Assembly: GCF_900168135.1 (NCBI RefSeq)
Contig: NZ_FUZD01000012.1
Location: 11,834-43,833, forward strand
Direction of reading: 5' to 3'
From: Arthrobacter sp. 49Tsu3.1M3
Lineage (GTDB): Bacteria > Actinomycetota > Actinomycetes > Actinomycetales > Micrococcaceae
DNA length: 32,000 bases
Shown piece by piece: positions 31,985-32,000 of this stretch. Numbering within the stretch: position 1 is the first letter of the stretch; each line of letters begins with the position of its first letter. Position numbers and translations under genes: made by a program. Under the pieces are notes generated by a model. It worked only from the letters and a program-made list of their open reading frames with translations. It was not told the DNA's origin and ran no database searches.

Positions 31985-32000
31985 GCAGTACTTAAGCAGA

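Overview
This is a visibly high-GC actinobacterial chromosome segment; Micrococcaceae-like is only a guess from protein style. No search was run, and all family names come from motifs I could read in the translations. Coding density is high. I saw no rRNA, tRNA, CRISPR array, transposase or integrase.

Layout, left to right:
(1) A hypothetical membrane protein and a NUDIX hydrolase.
(2) A 2-methylcitrate-cycle locus: gntR-prpD-prpB-prpC on the minus strand with overlapping cistrons, divergent from prpE. The shared control region carries two near-identical 10-bp palindromes.
(3) A LysR regulator divergent from a PrpF-family isomerase plus an anion permease.
(4) A CitA/DcuS-type two-component system divergent from dctA.
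(5) A FecCD-type ABC importer (binding protein, permease, ATPase).
(6) A 256-aa conserved hypothetical gene convergent with (7).
(7) An 11-gene minus-strand operon for a group 1h (actinobacterial, high-affinity type) [NiFe]-hydrogenase: hypA-hypB-hhyS-hhyL-hhyE, four ORFs of unknown function, then the maturation protease and hypC.
(8) parA-like, scpA and scpB.

The best candidate for undescribed biology is the block of four tightly coupled unknown ORFs inside the hydrogenase operon. These are a Cys-cluster protein, a 213-aa protein, a 517-aa protein and a 39-aa single-pass membrane peptide.

Secondary points are the PrpF-family isomerase module without AcnD, the twin GntR-type operators, and a recurring pattern of 12-15 bp tandem duplications in linkers, gene termini and one intergenic gap.

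Many long ORFs in the six-frame track are antisense or wrong-frame artefacts of high GC and were rejected.
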